The translations under genes were made by a program, and so were the position numbers. Below are positions 9,079 through 18,004 of a stretch of DNA of 42,693 nt, in pieces. Under the pieces are notes generated by a model. That model saw only the letters and a program-made list of their open reading frames with translations, did no database searches and had not been told where the DNA came from. Source of the stretch: an uncultured bacterium. GTDB taxonomy: Bacteria > UBP4 > UBA4092. The DNA lies in NCBI GenBank assembly GCA_964644695.1, contig CAZXWN010000017.1, positions 1-42,693 of the forward strand. Direction: 5' to 3'. Every line of letters starts with the position of its first letter. The first letter of the stretch is position 1.

Positions 9079-10494
9079 TTAATGTGTCGAATTGGAGTTA
9101 TCCGTTGTTTGATTTGGGTCAGAATAGTCTATCCCGCCGAGGGTATGGCGAAATTCAGTCCAGGCGGTCCAGAGTCCCAATTGTGCCGCTTGTTTCTGGC
9201 TTTGCGCCTTAACCAGTTCAGATTGGGCATCGAGAACATCTTTAACCAGAGCCGCTCGGAGCATAAACCTCTGGTCAGCCACGCGTGCTTTTTCCCGGGC
9301 GGCGGCCAGAGCTTTGTCTGCCAGTGTGACTAGCATCCGTGCATCACGGATTTTCCCAAGAGCATCATCGACTTCACGAAGGATAGTCGAACGTGTGTTA
9401 TCCAATGAAGTCTGGGCCTGCTCCATAGTTAAGCCGGCTTCCCGAACCTCTTTGGATTTGCGTCCCCAGTCCAAACCATCCCATGTCACCATGACGCCTG
9501 CCGTCGAAATATATTTCGGGAGTACATCAATATTCCCAAGCGCAACATTTCCGACTGTCAGACTGACATCTGGATAATGTTGTGATTTAAGGATACGGGT
9601 CTGCATCTCTGCCTGTTTGATTCGGTTTTCAGCCATGGTCAATTCTTTTCGATTCTGAAACGCCAGTGCCTGAGCTTTGGCTGGGTCAATCTCGGGAATG
9701 GATGGGGCAGATAAAGGAATGAGTTGGAATTCTGGTTCACCGGAGTTTCCCATTAAATCCCATAACTGCATTTTCCAGATACGCTGCTGACTCGCCGTAG
9801 TCGTCATGTCATAGTCCACACTGGCCAGTGCGGTTTCTACTTCAAGGACATCAGAATCCAGGACGGTTCTTTGCGCCTGGTTTTCTTTTACGAACCGGTA
9901 AAGTTCCTGATAATAAGCCCGGCGCTCCTGAAGCGAAGTCAGTGTGGATTCTGTCAGAAGGATCCCATAATACAGTTTCCGAACCGCTGTTTCCACGTCT
10001 TGTCCCGCAATCACTTCCCGAGCGGCGGCATTCTTTTCATCTAACTGATAAACTTTCTCTCCCAATCCGAGCCGATACTGTTGACTTAAGGGCTGGATGA
10101 CGGTTGCTGCCAGACCTAAATTCAACTGGCGGGGAGTTGTGATGTTTGTGTCTTGAATCGGAAAGGGACCTACTCCGGGAATGGTACCCAGACTGCCTTT
10201 TTCAAAATGAAAATCGAGTGGGGTCAACAAATAAGACCCTAGGGCATAGAAATTTACTTTCGGGAGACGATAGGTATGAAAGGCTTCAGTCTTCTGGTGA
10301 GTTTTCAGTGTTTCCAGTCGGGTAATCTTTAGTTGCCGATTATTCTCTCGGGCGGTCTTGACCGCATCTTCCAGAGATAGGGATTGGTTCTGAGAGGAAA
10401 GACCCAAGGAGGGTATTATCACTATCCCCAATACCAGAATGCTTGCCATGAAGTGATGTATAAGTTTGTTTTTTAAGATGTTTCTGTCACACAT
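9079..10494 (-). CDS. TolC-family outer membrane efflux channel
   Basis: LSLEDAVKTARENN, YRLPKV and HYPDVSL repeats, helical OEP pattern; first gene of the efflux operon. Confidence 0.9.
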   Translation of the reverse strand: MCDRNILKNKLIHHFMASILVLGIVIIPSLGLSSQNQSLSLEDAVKTARENNRQLKITRLETLKTHQKTEAFHTYRLPKVNFYALGSYLLTPLDFHFEKGSLGTIPGVGPFPIQDTNITTPRQLNLGLAATVIQPLSQQYRLGLGEKVYQLDEKNAAAREVIAGQDVETAVRKLYYGILLTESTLTSLQERRAYYQELYRFVKENQAQRTVLDSDVLEVETALASVDYDMTTTASQQRIWKMQLWDLMGNSGEPEFQLIPLSAPSIPEIDPAKAQALAFQNRKELTMAENRIKQAEMQTRILKSQHYPDVSLTVGNVALGNIDVLPKYISTAGVMVTWDGLDWGRKSKEVREAGLTMEQAQTSLDNTRSTILREVDDALGKIRDARMLVTLADKALAAAREKARVADQRFMLRAALVKDVLDAQSELVKAQSQKQAAQLGLWTAWTEFRHTLGGIDYSDPNQTTDNSNSTH

Positions 10495-10582
10495 ATTGAA
10501 CCCTTTGGATTGCCTGGATGTCGGGGTGATATCCCATTTTAATGTTCGTATAATTCAATCATATCATAATAAGCGACATAAA

Positions 10583-10597
10583 ATGACTAGCAGTCAT
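10583..10597. promoter_or_regulatory. Palindromic operator candidate (TetR-like) upstream of the efflux operon
   Basis: Perfect inverted repeat ATGACT-AGC-AGTCAT about 90 nt upstream of the TolC start. Confidence 0.5.
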
Positions 10598-10800
10598 ATT
10601 AATTCGGAATAGAGACGAATCCGGGTCGTGATGGGGTTAGATAGAGATGAGGTAACAGTGGGGAGCGGTTGGTGTTTGTTTATCATGAAAATCCTCCACT
10701 TTTCAGACATGATTTGGTACTTATCCCAATAAAATTGATGTTATCACAGGCGGTGTGAGTGAATAACTTGAGACAGACATTAAAGCCGGGACAGGATTGA

Positions 10801-10829
10801 TTGAGGGGTTGGCGGGATACTGATATAAT
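10801..10829 (+). promoter_or_regulatory. Sigma70-type promoter candidate for the SIMPL gene
   Basis: TTGAGG-17 nt-TATAAT, with a TG extended -10. Confidence 0.55.
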
Positions 10830-10910
10830 CCGATGAGTGATAAATATAATACAAAGCAGTCAACGGTTTGCATGCAGCATTAGTATGATTATAAAAGGTA
10901 TTAAATAAAA

Positions 10911-11675
10911 GTGAGGATGCGGATAATGTCGGATGAAAAAGGATTGTTAAGTAAGACCTGTGGTCAAGGTTCCTGCGTGTGTGGAATGGCGATTTTGGCA
11001 GTGGGATTGGTTTTAGCAGCGATTATTTTTGGGTCTTTCTTCTACAATGCCCGAAACTCGGAGCGGCGATTGGCGGTTATTGGCAGTGCGACCCAGAAAC
11101 ACACCTCTGACATTATCAAATGGAGGATGTCTATCAGCAGGACCTCAGACATGACGGGAGCCCAGGCTGCCTATACCCAGTTGGAAAAGGATTTGAACAG
11201 TCTGAAAAGTTATTTGAAATCCAACGGAATCAAGGATGAGGAAATCACGGTTCAGCCCATCAGTACATACCCAACCTATGACAATCAAGGTAAACAGTCT
11301 GGTTATAACTACACCCAGAACTTGTTCATCATCTCCCGGAACATTCCCAACGTGGAAAAGATGGCCTTAAATCCCAAGTCGTTATCGGAAAAGAATGTTG
11401 TTATTCAGAATTCTAACTTGAGTTACTTCTTCTCTGATTTACCGAAGATCAAACGGGAGTTGCTGGCCCTGGCCACCAAGGATGCAAATGCCAGAGCGGC
11501 GGAAATTGCCAAGAACGCTGGTGTGAAATTAGGGAAACTGGTATCCGCCCGAACGGGAGTCTTCTCTATTACAGAACCGTATTCAAATGAGGATAACTCC
11601 TATGGGTCGTATAACACCGGAACCCGGGATAAAGATATAACAATCACCATGAATGTGAGTTTTACGGTTAATTAA
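10911..11675 (+). CDS. SIMPL (DUF541) domain periplasmic protein
   Basis: N-terminal TM anchor; V.GSA...SD...W; ATKDANARAAEIAKNAGVKLGKLVSARTGVFSIT...KDITITMNVSF. The start may be one of the downstream ATGs. Confidence 0.85.
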   Translation: MRMRIMSDEKGLLSKTCGQGSCVCGMAILAVGLVLAAIIFGSFFYNARNSERRLAVIGSATQKHTSDIIKWRMSISRTSDMTGAQAAYTQLEKDLNSLKSYLKSNGIKDEEITVQPISTYPTYDNQGKQSGYNYTQNLFIISRNIPNVEKMALNPKSLSEKNVVIQNSNLSYFFSDLPKIKRELLALATKDANARAAEIAKNAGVKLGKLVSARTGVFSITEPYSNEDNSYGSYNTGTRDKDITITMNVSFTVN

Positions 11676-11699
11676 TTCGAGACAATCAGATAAAAGAAG

Positions 11700-11729
11700 A
11701 AAGGCCGGTAGATGATACCGGCCTTTTTT
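11700..11729. terminator. Terminator between convergent genes, probably bidirectional
   Basis: AAAGGCCGGTA/TACCGGCCTTT stem followed by a T-run. Confidence 0.85.
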
Positions 11730-11739
11730 ATGCGTTTTA

Positions 11740-14259
11740 TTAGCTGAGGGTGATAACCAGCTGATGTGTTCCGGAAGTGGGGAGATGAGAATAATCCACT
11801 TTTCCGATGGTTCGGTTCAGGGTCTTATCCAATGTTGAAGTGCCCAGGGGGTTGCCATCCAGAGTAATGGAACTGACTCCGGACTGGGATTTATTTGGAT
11901 TCAGGATGGTGAGTTGATAACGGGTACCCCGGAGAGATAATTTAGCTTTCACTGTCGGCCATGATTCGGGAATACAGGGGTCCAGGACCAGAGTTTTAAC
12001 TGTGGGCCTGAAACCAATCATCCCTTGATAAACATTCCGGAGCGCGGTAGAAATCGTTCCGGAAAGGAAGGGGTCTCCTCCCTCGCCCTCAATACCAGGG
12101 GCTTCCTTATAATGATTCACGACGGCATAAGGGGCAGTCTTGGTAGATTCAACAGGGTGGACTTCCAGGTTGTAAGGCAACATGTATTGGAAGATTTCAA
12201 ACAGGAGATTACCTTTGCCGGCTACGGCAGCGGCTCGCGCCAGGAATCCCTGAGCTCCGTGATTGTAGGGGGTCCCATTCTCTGCCAATCCGGCGGCGAG
12301 GTCACCTGTACCGACTCGTCCCAGTTTTTCAACTGGAGGATTTCCGAGGGCGGGATAATACAATCTCCATCCATACGGACCTTTTAATCCATTCAGATGT
12401 TTGAAGAGTTTATCCCAGTCTTTGGGAGGGACTACTTTTGAGATGACGGCAAAGGAATTAACCGGTCCATTGACGCGTGTTTTACCGTCAGGGTCTTTAT
12501 CTGAGAATACCCACCGTTTCGCATCTGAATAGACTCCATTGAAGAAGCCTTTTTTATTCAGGGCGTATTTAATTATGTTTTTTCGGAACTTTTCTGCTGC
12601 TGTAATGAATTTATCTTTTGAATACTTTTTCGACAGGGAGGGGATAGATTCAAGGACTTCGGCGGCCTGTTCGAGAGCCATCACCACCTGACAGGAGACC
12701 ATGACCGATTCCCCAATGCCTTCCAACCCGGCTTTATTGACCGAGTCATTCCAGTCGCCATGCCGAATTTTACAAAGCCCATGCGGGCCGATATTGTCAG
12801 GGTTCAGGTAATACTCCAGAATCTGGAACCAATGGGTGAGGACCTTGTCTTGTTTGGTATTGTCCAACCACCGGGTTTGTTCCTGAAGAATACTGTTATC
12901 ACCGGTCTGTGCCAGATAGTCATGCGTGAGTTCCCACACCCACAGACCTGAATCGACATAATCCCGGAGGTCATGTTTACCGTCAGGACCGTTGACACTG
13001 TATTGTCGGGGGAACCATCCATCCGTTCTTTGGCAGGCATACAGTTCTAACAAGCGCTGTTTTGCCAGTGCCTCGTCCCAATAAAGGAGACCATTAACAT
13101 CCTGAGCGGAATCCCGAACACCCCGCATACCAGTAGGCCATCCCCGGTCCAGTTTCCCGACCCATTCCAGTTGAAGGGGGAGCCACTGATTTACATACCG
13201 GTCAAAGGCGGTATCCGGACTTTGGATGAATCGTTGCCCAAACCACTGATGATATTGTTTGGAGGTCTTTTCCCGGTCCTTCTGAATGAGAGCTGGAGAG
13301 AGATATTTATGGAAAACTTTGAAGTCTGACACGGAAGGAGTCGTACTGCCTGGAGTGTAGGGTAACAGTCCAAACAGGAATGTATAGGACTTGGATTCAC
13401 CGGGATTAAATCCCAGAGTCGCTTGAAGTCCGGTCATCATCTGCTGTCCAACAACAGAGTTTTCGGAATTTATGGTCTTAAGTGAATATTTTGATGGGGT
13501 AACGGTCCGGTTCAGAGTCTTTTTGTCCAGGGATTCAGGATAGTTCCAATACCCATGACCGACCCAATCTCTAAGACTCATTTCAAAATGAGTCGCCGGG
13601 AAATCTGACAGGAAACCTGTCCGCCACCGATTGGTCATGACTCCACCCGGATCACGGGTCTCATACCAGGCACCTACAGTCTCTTTCATCTGGAAGAAGG
13701 ATGCAGATTGATATAAATGGAGCATATCCCAGGGAGCTGAACTGGGGGGTGACATGGCAGGCTTGAGAGTTGGAAGGACATCCAGTTTTGCTTGTTTCTT
13801 ACTGGTATTGGTGATGGTCAATTCCATTGCCAAAAGGGCTTTGTCTTCACCGGGGAGGGAAATCCGGGTAGATACAGACCAGTTTCCATTTTGTACCTGC
13901 CATGTGGCAGAGTCTGGAGAATAGTCACAGGTAAACTTATCGGCAATTCCTAATAGAGTCTCTTTATCCTTTTGGTATAAATGGCCATAATTGGTAAATC
14001 GGGCAGAGTTCTTATCGCCAGGAGTTTTGAACCAGACCAGAAAGGCCGGAAAAGGGTCATTACGGTCTGTTGTAAATAAAGACGGCCCACCCGGAGGGTC
14101 CAACTGGAGGTTGGCGGCACCATCCTGACGGATGCGGAGCAGTAACCGCTGATTGGTAAAGATATATTCCCACGGCAGGGGCGTATTTTTTTTAGTAATC
14201 CGATATCCGGCTGGCGTATCGGTAAAATATCCGAATTGATTATGTTTAAGAGGAGCCAT
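11740..14259 (-). CDS. GH94-like glycoside phosphorylase (cellobiose/chitobiose phosphorylase family)
   Basis: TPLPW, GVRDSAQD, GDWND catalytic motif, GESVM, ENG.PYNH, DPCIPESW. Start placed at ATG 14259, which has a purine-rich RBS. No signal peptide. Confidence 0.85.
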   Translation of the reverse strand: MAPLKHNQFGYFTDTPAGYRITKKNTPLPWEYIFTNQRLLLRIRQDGAANLQLDPPGGPSLFTTDRNDPFPAFLVWFKTPGDKNSARFTNYGHLYQKDKETLLGIADKFTCDYSPDSATWQVQNGNWSVSTRISLPGEDKALLAMELTITNTSKKQAKLDVLPTLKPAMSPPSSAPWDMLHLYQSASFFQMKETVGAWYETRDPGGVMTNRWRTGFLSDFPATHFEMSLRDWVGHGYWNYPESLDKKTLNRTVTPSKYSLKTINSENSVVGQQMMTGLQATLGFNPGESKSYTFLFGLLPYTPGSTTPSVSDFKVFHKYLSPALIQKDREKTSKQYHQWFGQRFIQSPDTAFDRYVNQWLPLQLEWVGKLDRGWPTGMRGVRDSAQDVNGLLYWDEALAKQRLLELYACQRTDGWFPRQYSVNGPDGKHDLRDYVDSGLWVWELTHDYLAQTGDNSILQEQTRWLDNTKQDKVLTHWFQILEYYLNPDNIGPHGLCKIRHGDWNDSVNKAGLEGIGESVMVSCQVVMALEQAAEVLESIPSLSKKYSKDKFITAAEKFRKNIIKYALNKKGFFNGVYSDAKRWVFSDKDPDGKTRVNGPVNSFAVISKVVPPKDWDKLFKHLNGLKGPYGWRLYYPALGNPPVEKLGRVGTGDLAAGLAENGTPYNHGAQGFLARAAAVAGKGNLLFEIFQYMLPYNLEVHPVESTKTAPYAVVNHYKEAPGIEGEGGDPFLSGTISTALRNVYQGMIGFRPTVKTLVLDPCIPESWPTVKAKLSLRGTRYQLTILNPNKSQSGVSSITLDGNPLGTSTLDKTLNRTIGKVDYSHLPTSGTHQLVITLS

Positions 14260-14364
14260 ACCCGTTCTTCCTTCCCAGAATAAACATTGAATATATGATT
14301 TTACCGTATCTGAGGGAGAGGGACCCAATACGAAATAAATTTATACAGAGACAGGTGGAGTATG

Positions 14365-14922
14365 TTACCGGTATTTTTTGGAGTAGATGAGAGTCATAAG
14401 GCGGAATCCCATTCCAAAGGTCACCAGCAATATCAATATGACATATCCCATCAACAGAGGGCTGATTCTACTGATTTTTCCGATAGCTACATCCAGGCTG
14501 GCCCTTCCAAGATAGGCCAACATGGTTACCATAAGGACCTTAATCCAGAACACCATTCTGAGACCAAATAAGTGTATAATCATAACCCGTTCATCACTCA
14601 TTCGTTCCAAAACGCCCCCGGGAGCATTTATAAACATTCGGGGATTTTTGACGCCATAGAGTGCCCAGCTCAGGAGGGTCATGGCCGTATATACGACAGC
14701 GGTAACCGCGGGAATCATCAAGACTTTTGAGATGGATTTATTTGTCCAGTCATCCGCCAGTCCGTTGGCGGCAAAATGGATAGGGAAACGAGCGGGCAGT
14801 TGGGGATAGACTTTAACCGCATAGCAGAAGACATAGGCAATTATTGCCATCAAGACTATTTCAATCCACCAGGGCTGGAATTTCTGACTTTTTTGATAAC
14901 CTTCTCGCAGCGTTTGCAACAT
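14365..14922 (-). CDS. DUF1648/SdpI-like membrane protein
   Basis: YPQLPARFPIHFAANGLADDW motif and four hydrophobic segments. Confidence 0.75.
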   Translation of the reverse strand: MLQTLREGYQKSQKFQPWWIEIVLMAIIAYVFCYAVKVYPQLPARFPIHFAANGLADDWTNKSISKVLMIPAVTAVVYTAMTLLSWALYGVKNPRMFINAPGGVLERMSDERVMIIHLFGLRMVFWIKVLMVTMLAYLGRASLDVAIGKISRISPLLMGYVILILLVTFGMGFRLMTLIYSKKYR

Positions 14923-15003
14923 GATTACATGTATATCCTTTAATTAATAAAAGGCGGAGACATCAGTGATTCGGATAAAGACCGCCTGATTATTTTATCA
15001 GAA

Positions 15004-15906
15004 TCAGGACTCTTTCCAGTTAGAGAGGACTTTATAGAGGGAATGGGTGCCTTTATTTCCCATACCCTGACTTTGGACTTCTCGGTACAGACGATGAGCC
15101 AGAGTCAGTCCGGGCAGAGTAATCCCCATTTTTTCACATTCGGAAAGGGCCAGTCCCAAATCTTTCACAAAATGGTCCACATAGAATCCGGGCTCGAAAT
15201 TCCCTTGAATAATACGGGGGGCAAGGTTATCCAAGGTCCAGCACCCGGCGGCTCCGGGTCGGATGGAGGCCAGTACAGCATCCAGGTTCAGGCCGGCTTT
15301 CCCGGCATAGACCAAGGCTTCACAAACCCCAATCATAGTTCCGGCAACGACCAATTGGTTAGCGATTTTGGCATGTTGACCTGATCCGGCAGGGCCCTGA
15401 TATATAATATTTTTTCCCATCCATTCCAGGACAGGCCGTACTTGTTCTACGACTTCAGGTTTCCCGCCACAGAGGATGGATAGGGTGGCATTCCGGGCGC
15501 CGACATCTCCACCGGTCACGGGAGCATCAATGGCTTGCGCACCCAATCGGCCGGCATCTATGAAAATCCGCTGTGCCAATGTGGGAGAAGTTGAGGTCAT
15601 ATCAATCAGGGTGGTCCCGGGTTTCACGCCGGCAAATATGCCATTTTCGCCCCAATAGACCTCTTCAATATCTTTGGGAAACCCCACCATTGTGAAGATA
15701 AGACCACATTCGCGGGCCATTTCTTTAGGGGAATTGACCCATTTGGCACCCATTTTTATCAAGGAGTCGGCTTTTTTCGGAGTGCGGTTATAAACCCAGA
15801 GGGAACCGCCGGCTTTGATAAGATGTCCAGCCATGGATTGGCCCATGACCCCAGTTCCAATCCAACCTATTTGCTCGGTTTTCCAGACTGACCATGAATA
15901 ATCCAT
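15004..15906 (-). CDS. NAD(P)-dependent beta-hydroxyacid dehydrogenase (3-hydroxyisobutyrate/tartronate semialdehyde reductase family)
   Basis: IGWIGTGVMG, DAPVTGG, GSGQHAKIANQ, FYVDHFVKDL. Confidence 0.92.
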   Translation of the reverse strand: MDYSWSVWKTEQIGWIGTGVMGQSMAGHLIKAGGSLWVYNRTPKKADSLIKMGAKWVNSPKEMARECGLIFTMVGFPKDIEEVYWGENGIFAGVKPGTTLIDMTSTSPTLAQRIFIDAGRLGAQAIDAPVTGGDVGARNATLSILCGGKPEVVEQVRPVLEWMGKNIIYQGPAGSGQHAKIANQLVVAGTMIGVCEALVYAGKAGLNLDAVLASIRPGAAGCWTLDNLAPRIIQGNFEPGFYVDHFVKDLGLALSECEKMGITLPGLTLAHRLYREVQSQGMGNKGTHSLYKVLSNWKES

Positions 15907-16234
15907 ATCATTTTTCCTTTTACAAACGTACTTATTATACTCCTGAATCAGAATTTCTGATGAATCGGCTAAGGGGAGGGTCTGAGGAGGTATCGGATGA
16001 TATTGGTAGTAATGAGGGGGAACCCCAACTTATTTTTATGGTTGAAAAAGTCCCCCTTCGTTTCTGCTTCGTTTATGGGACAGATGAGAATGGTAGGACT
16101 TAGGCAGGGGAGTATGAATATTATTTTTCGATAAAAGGGAGTTCATTTTCATAAAAAGGATATATAAATAAAGGAGAAAGATAAAAGCGGGGATTATTAC
16201 CCATGGGGGCATGAAATAGAGTAGAATTTTCTAC

Positions 16235-17908
16235 ATGATGATGTCCGGAAATACGACAGTAAAAGTGAGTGTGATTGTCCCTACTTATAATAGTGAAGGG
16301 GTGATAGGGCATTGTCTGGAGTCGTTAATCAATCAAAGTTATCCCCGAGACCAGTATGAGGTCATTGTGTCTGATGACGGGTCTATTGATGAGACGCGGC
16401 GGATAGCGGAATCTTTTCCGGGAGTCCGGTTTCTGGGACACGCCGACAAGGGGCCGTCATCGGCCCGGAATGCCGGTGCCTGTCAGGCGGTGGGAGATAT
16501 TATCGTCTTCACCGATTCGGACTGTGTTCCCTGTCCCGACTGGCTGGAAAAGATGGTGCAGCCTTTTTTGCGGGACCCGGAAGTTGTGGCGGTCAAAGGA
16601 GCCTACCGAACCCGTCAAAAGGAGCGTGTGGCCCGATTCTGCCAGAAAGAATTTGAAGAACGATACAGGGTCCTGGCTCAATACGAGAATATTGATTTTG
16701 TAGATTCCCATTCAGCGGCATTTCGCAAGGCGGCCTTCTGGGCGGTGGGCGGGTTTGATTCGCGGTTCCCGGTGGCCAGTAATGAGGATGTGGAATTATC
16801 CTACAAACTTGCTGCTCAGAAATCCAAAATGGTGTTTGTCCCGGAAGCCTGTGTTTATCACCGTCATCCAACCCGAGTGTCCCGGTATTTGTATGTGAAG
16901 TTTACCCGGGGATACTGGAGGATGCTGGTCTATAAACGGTTTCCCAAGAAAGCTATGGGGGATACCTATACTCCGACCAGTTTGAAAATCCAATTATTGC
17001 TGGCCTTTGCTTTTATGCTGTCGATTCTTGGGTGGCTGGGTTCTTTCGGAACTTCATTAACTCCTGCAGCCGGTGGGATTTTGACGGGATTGAGTCTGTT
17101 GGTGTTGGTGATATCGACACTTCCATTGACGGTACGAATCTATAAGGAAGACCCGGAAGTGGGTGTTATTGCGCCTTTTATGCTGGTGGGAAGGGCGTTA
17201 GTGTTTGTGATGGGAACGGTTTTGGGGATCACGGCCTTTTTTACGGCAAATTTCCGAGACCGAGTTTATCCGGCAACGAAGAGGGTCCTGGATTTGGTGG
17301 TTTCCTTCTCAGTCTTACTGGTTGTGGCGCCTTTTTTTGCTTTGATTGGACTGTTGGTGATGTTTGATTCCGGGACTCCGGTGATATTCCGCCAGAAACG
17401 AATGGGATTTGGAAATCGCCAGTTCACTTTTTATAAATTCAGGACCATGTATCGGGATGCCGAGAGTAAAAAGGATGAGCTGCGGGATTTGTCCAAACTG
17501 AAAGGCCCGGTATTTAAAATCAAAAACGACCCACGGATTACCCGGATGGGAAAGATATTGCGGCGGTTTTCGCTGGATGAGCTTCCCCAGTTATTTAATG
17601 TATTAAAAGGGTCGATGAGTCTGGTGGGCCCCCGTCCATTACCGATGATTGATATTGAACACCCAGAACTGTTACACCCGAAAGAGGTTCACATTGACCC
17701 CGCCCGGTACAGGGTTTGGTTGATTCAACGACATTCGGTCCCTCCGGGATTGACAGGATTATGGCAAATCAAGGGTCGAAGTGATCTTCCTTTGGAGGCC
17801 TGGTTCAATTATGACCTGGAATATGTCAAAACCCGGTCTATCTGGCTGGATTCCAAGATATTAATGAAGACTGTCCCGGTGGTGATTCTGGGGAAGGGTG
17901 CCCAATAA
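16235..17908 (+). CDS. Fusion of a GT2 glycosyltransferase and a polyprenyl-phosphate phosphoglycosyl transferase (bacterial sugar transferase)
   Basis: N-terminal VSVIVPTYN, DDGS.D, FTDSD, GGFD, EDVEL; TM segments; C-terminal KRVLD, YKFRTM, DPRIT, SLDELPQLFNVLKGSMSLVGPRP, PGLTGLWQ. Confidence 0.9.
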   Translation: MMMSGNTTVKVSVIVPTYNSEGVIGHCLESLINQSYPRDQYEVIVSDDGSIDETRRIAESFPGVRFLGHADKGPSSARNAGACQAVGDIIVFTDSDCVPCPDWLEKMVQPFLRDPEVVAVKGAYRTRQKERVARFCQKEFEERYRVLAQYENIDFVDSHSAAFRKAAFWAVGGFDSRFPVASNEDVELSYKLAAQKSKMVFVPEACVYHRHPTRVSRYLYVKFTRGYWRMLVYKRFPKKAMGDTYTPTSLKIQLLLAFAFMLSILGWLGSFGTSLTPAAGGILTGLSLLVLVISTLPLTVRIYKEDPEVGVIAPFMLVGRALVFVMGTVLGITAFFTANFRDRVYPATKRVLDLVVSFSVLLVVAPFFALIGLLVMFDSGTPVIFRQKRMGFGNRQFTFYKFRTMYRDAESKKDELRDLSKLKGPVFKIKNDPRITRMGKILRRFSLDELPQLFNVLKGSMSLVGPRPLPMIDIEHPELLHPKEVHIDPARYRVWLIQRHSVPPGLTGLWQIKGRSDLPLEAWFNYDLEYVKTRSIWLDSKILMKTVPVVILGKGAQ

Positions 17909-17917
17909 ACCGTCCAC

Positions 17918-17994
17918 TTATCCACAGGTTGTGGATAAAGCCCCCGCATAAGCTGTGGACAACCTGGGATTATGCCGGGATAAGATGGGTATAA
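17918..17994. promoter_or_regulatory. DnaA-box cluster
   Basis: Perfect TTATCCACA (17918-26) and inverted TGTGGATAA (17930-38); one-mismatch boxes TGTGGACAA (17954-62) and TGGGTATAA (17986-94); degenerate boxes in between. Confidence 0.8.
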
Positions 17995-18004
17995 GTGGAA
18001 TCGG

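Noticed and set aside
17918-17994. Firm call as oriC
   Set aside because: There is no dnaA linkage, no evident unwinding element or DnaA-trios, and no skew switch visible by eye. I kept it only as a DnaA-box cluster.
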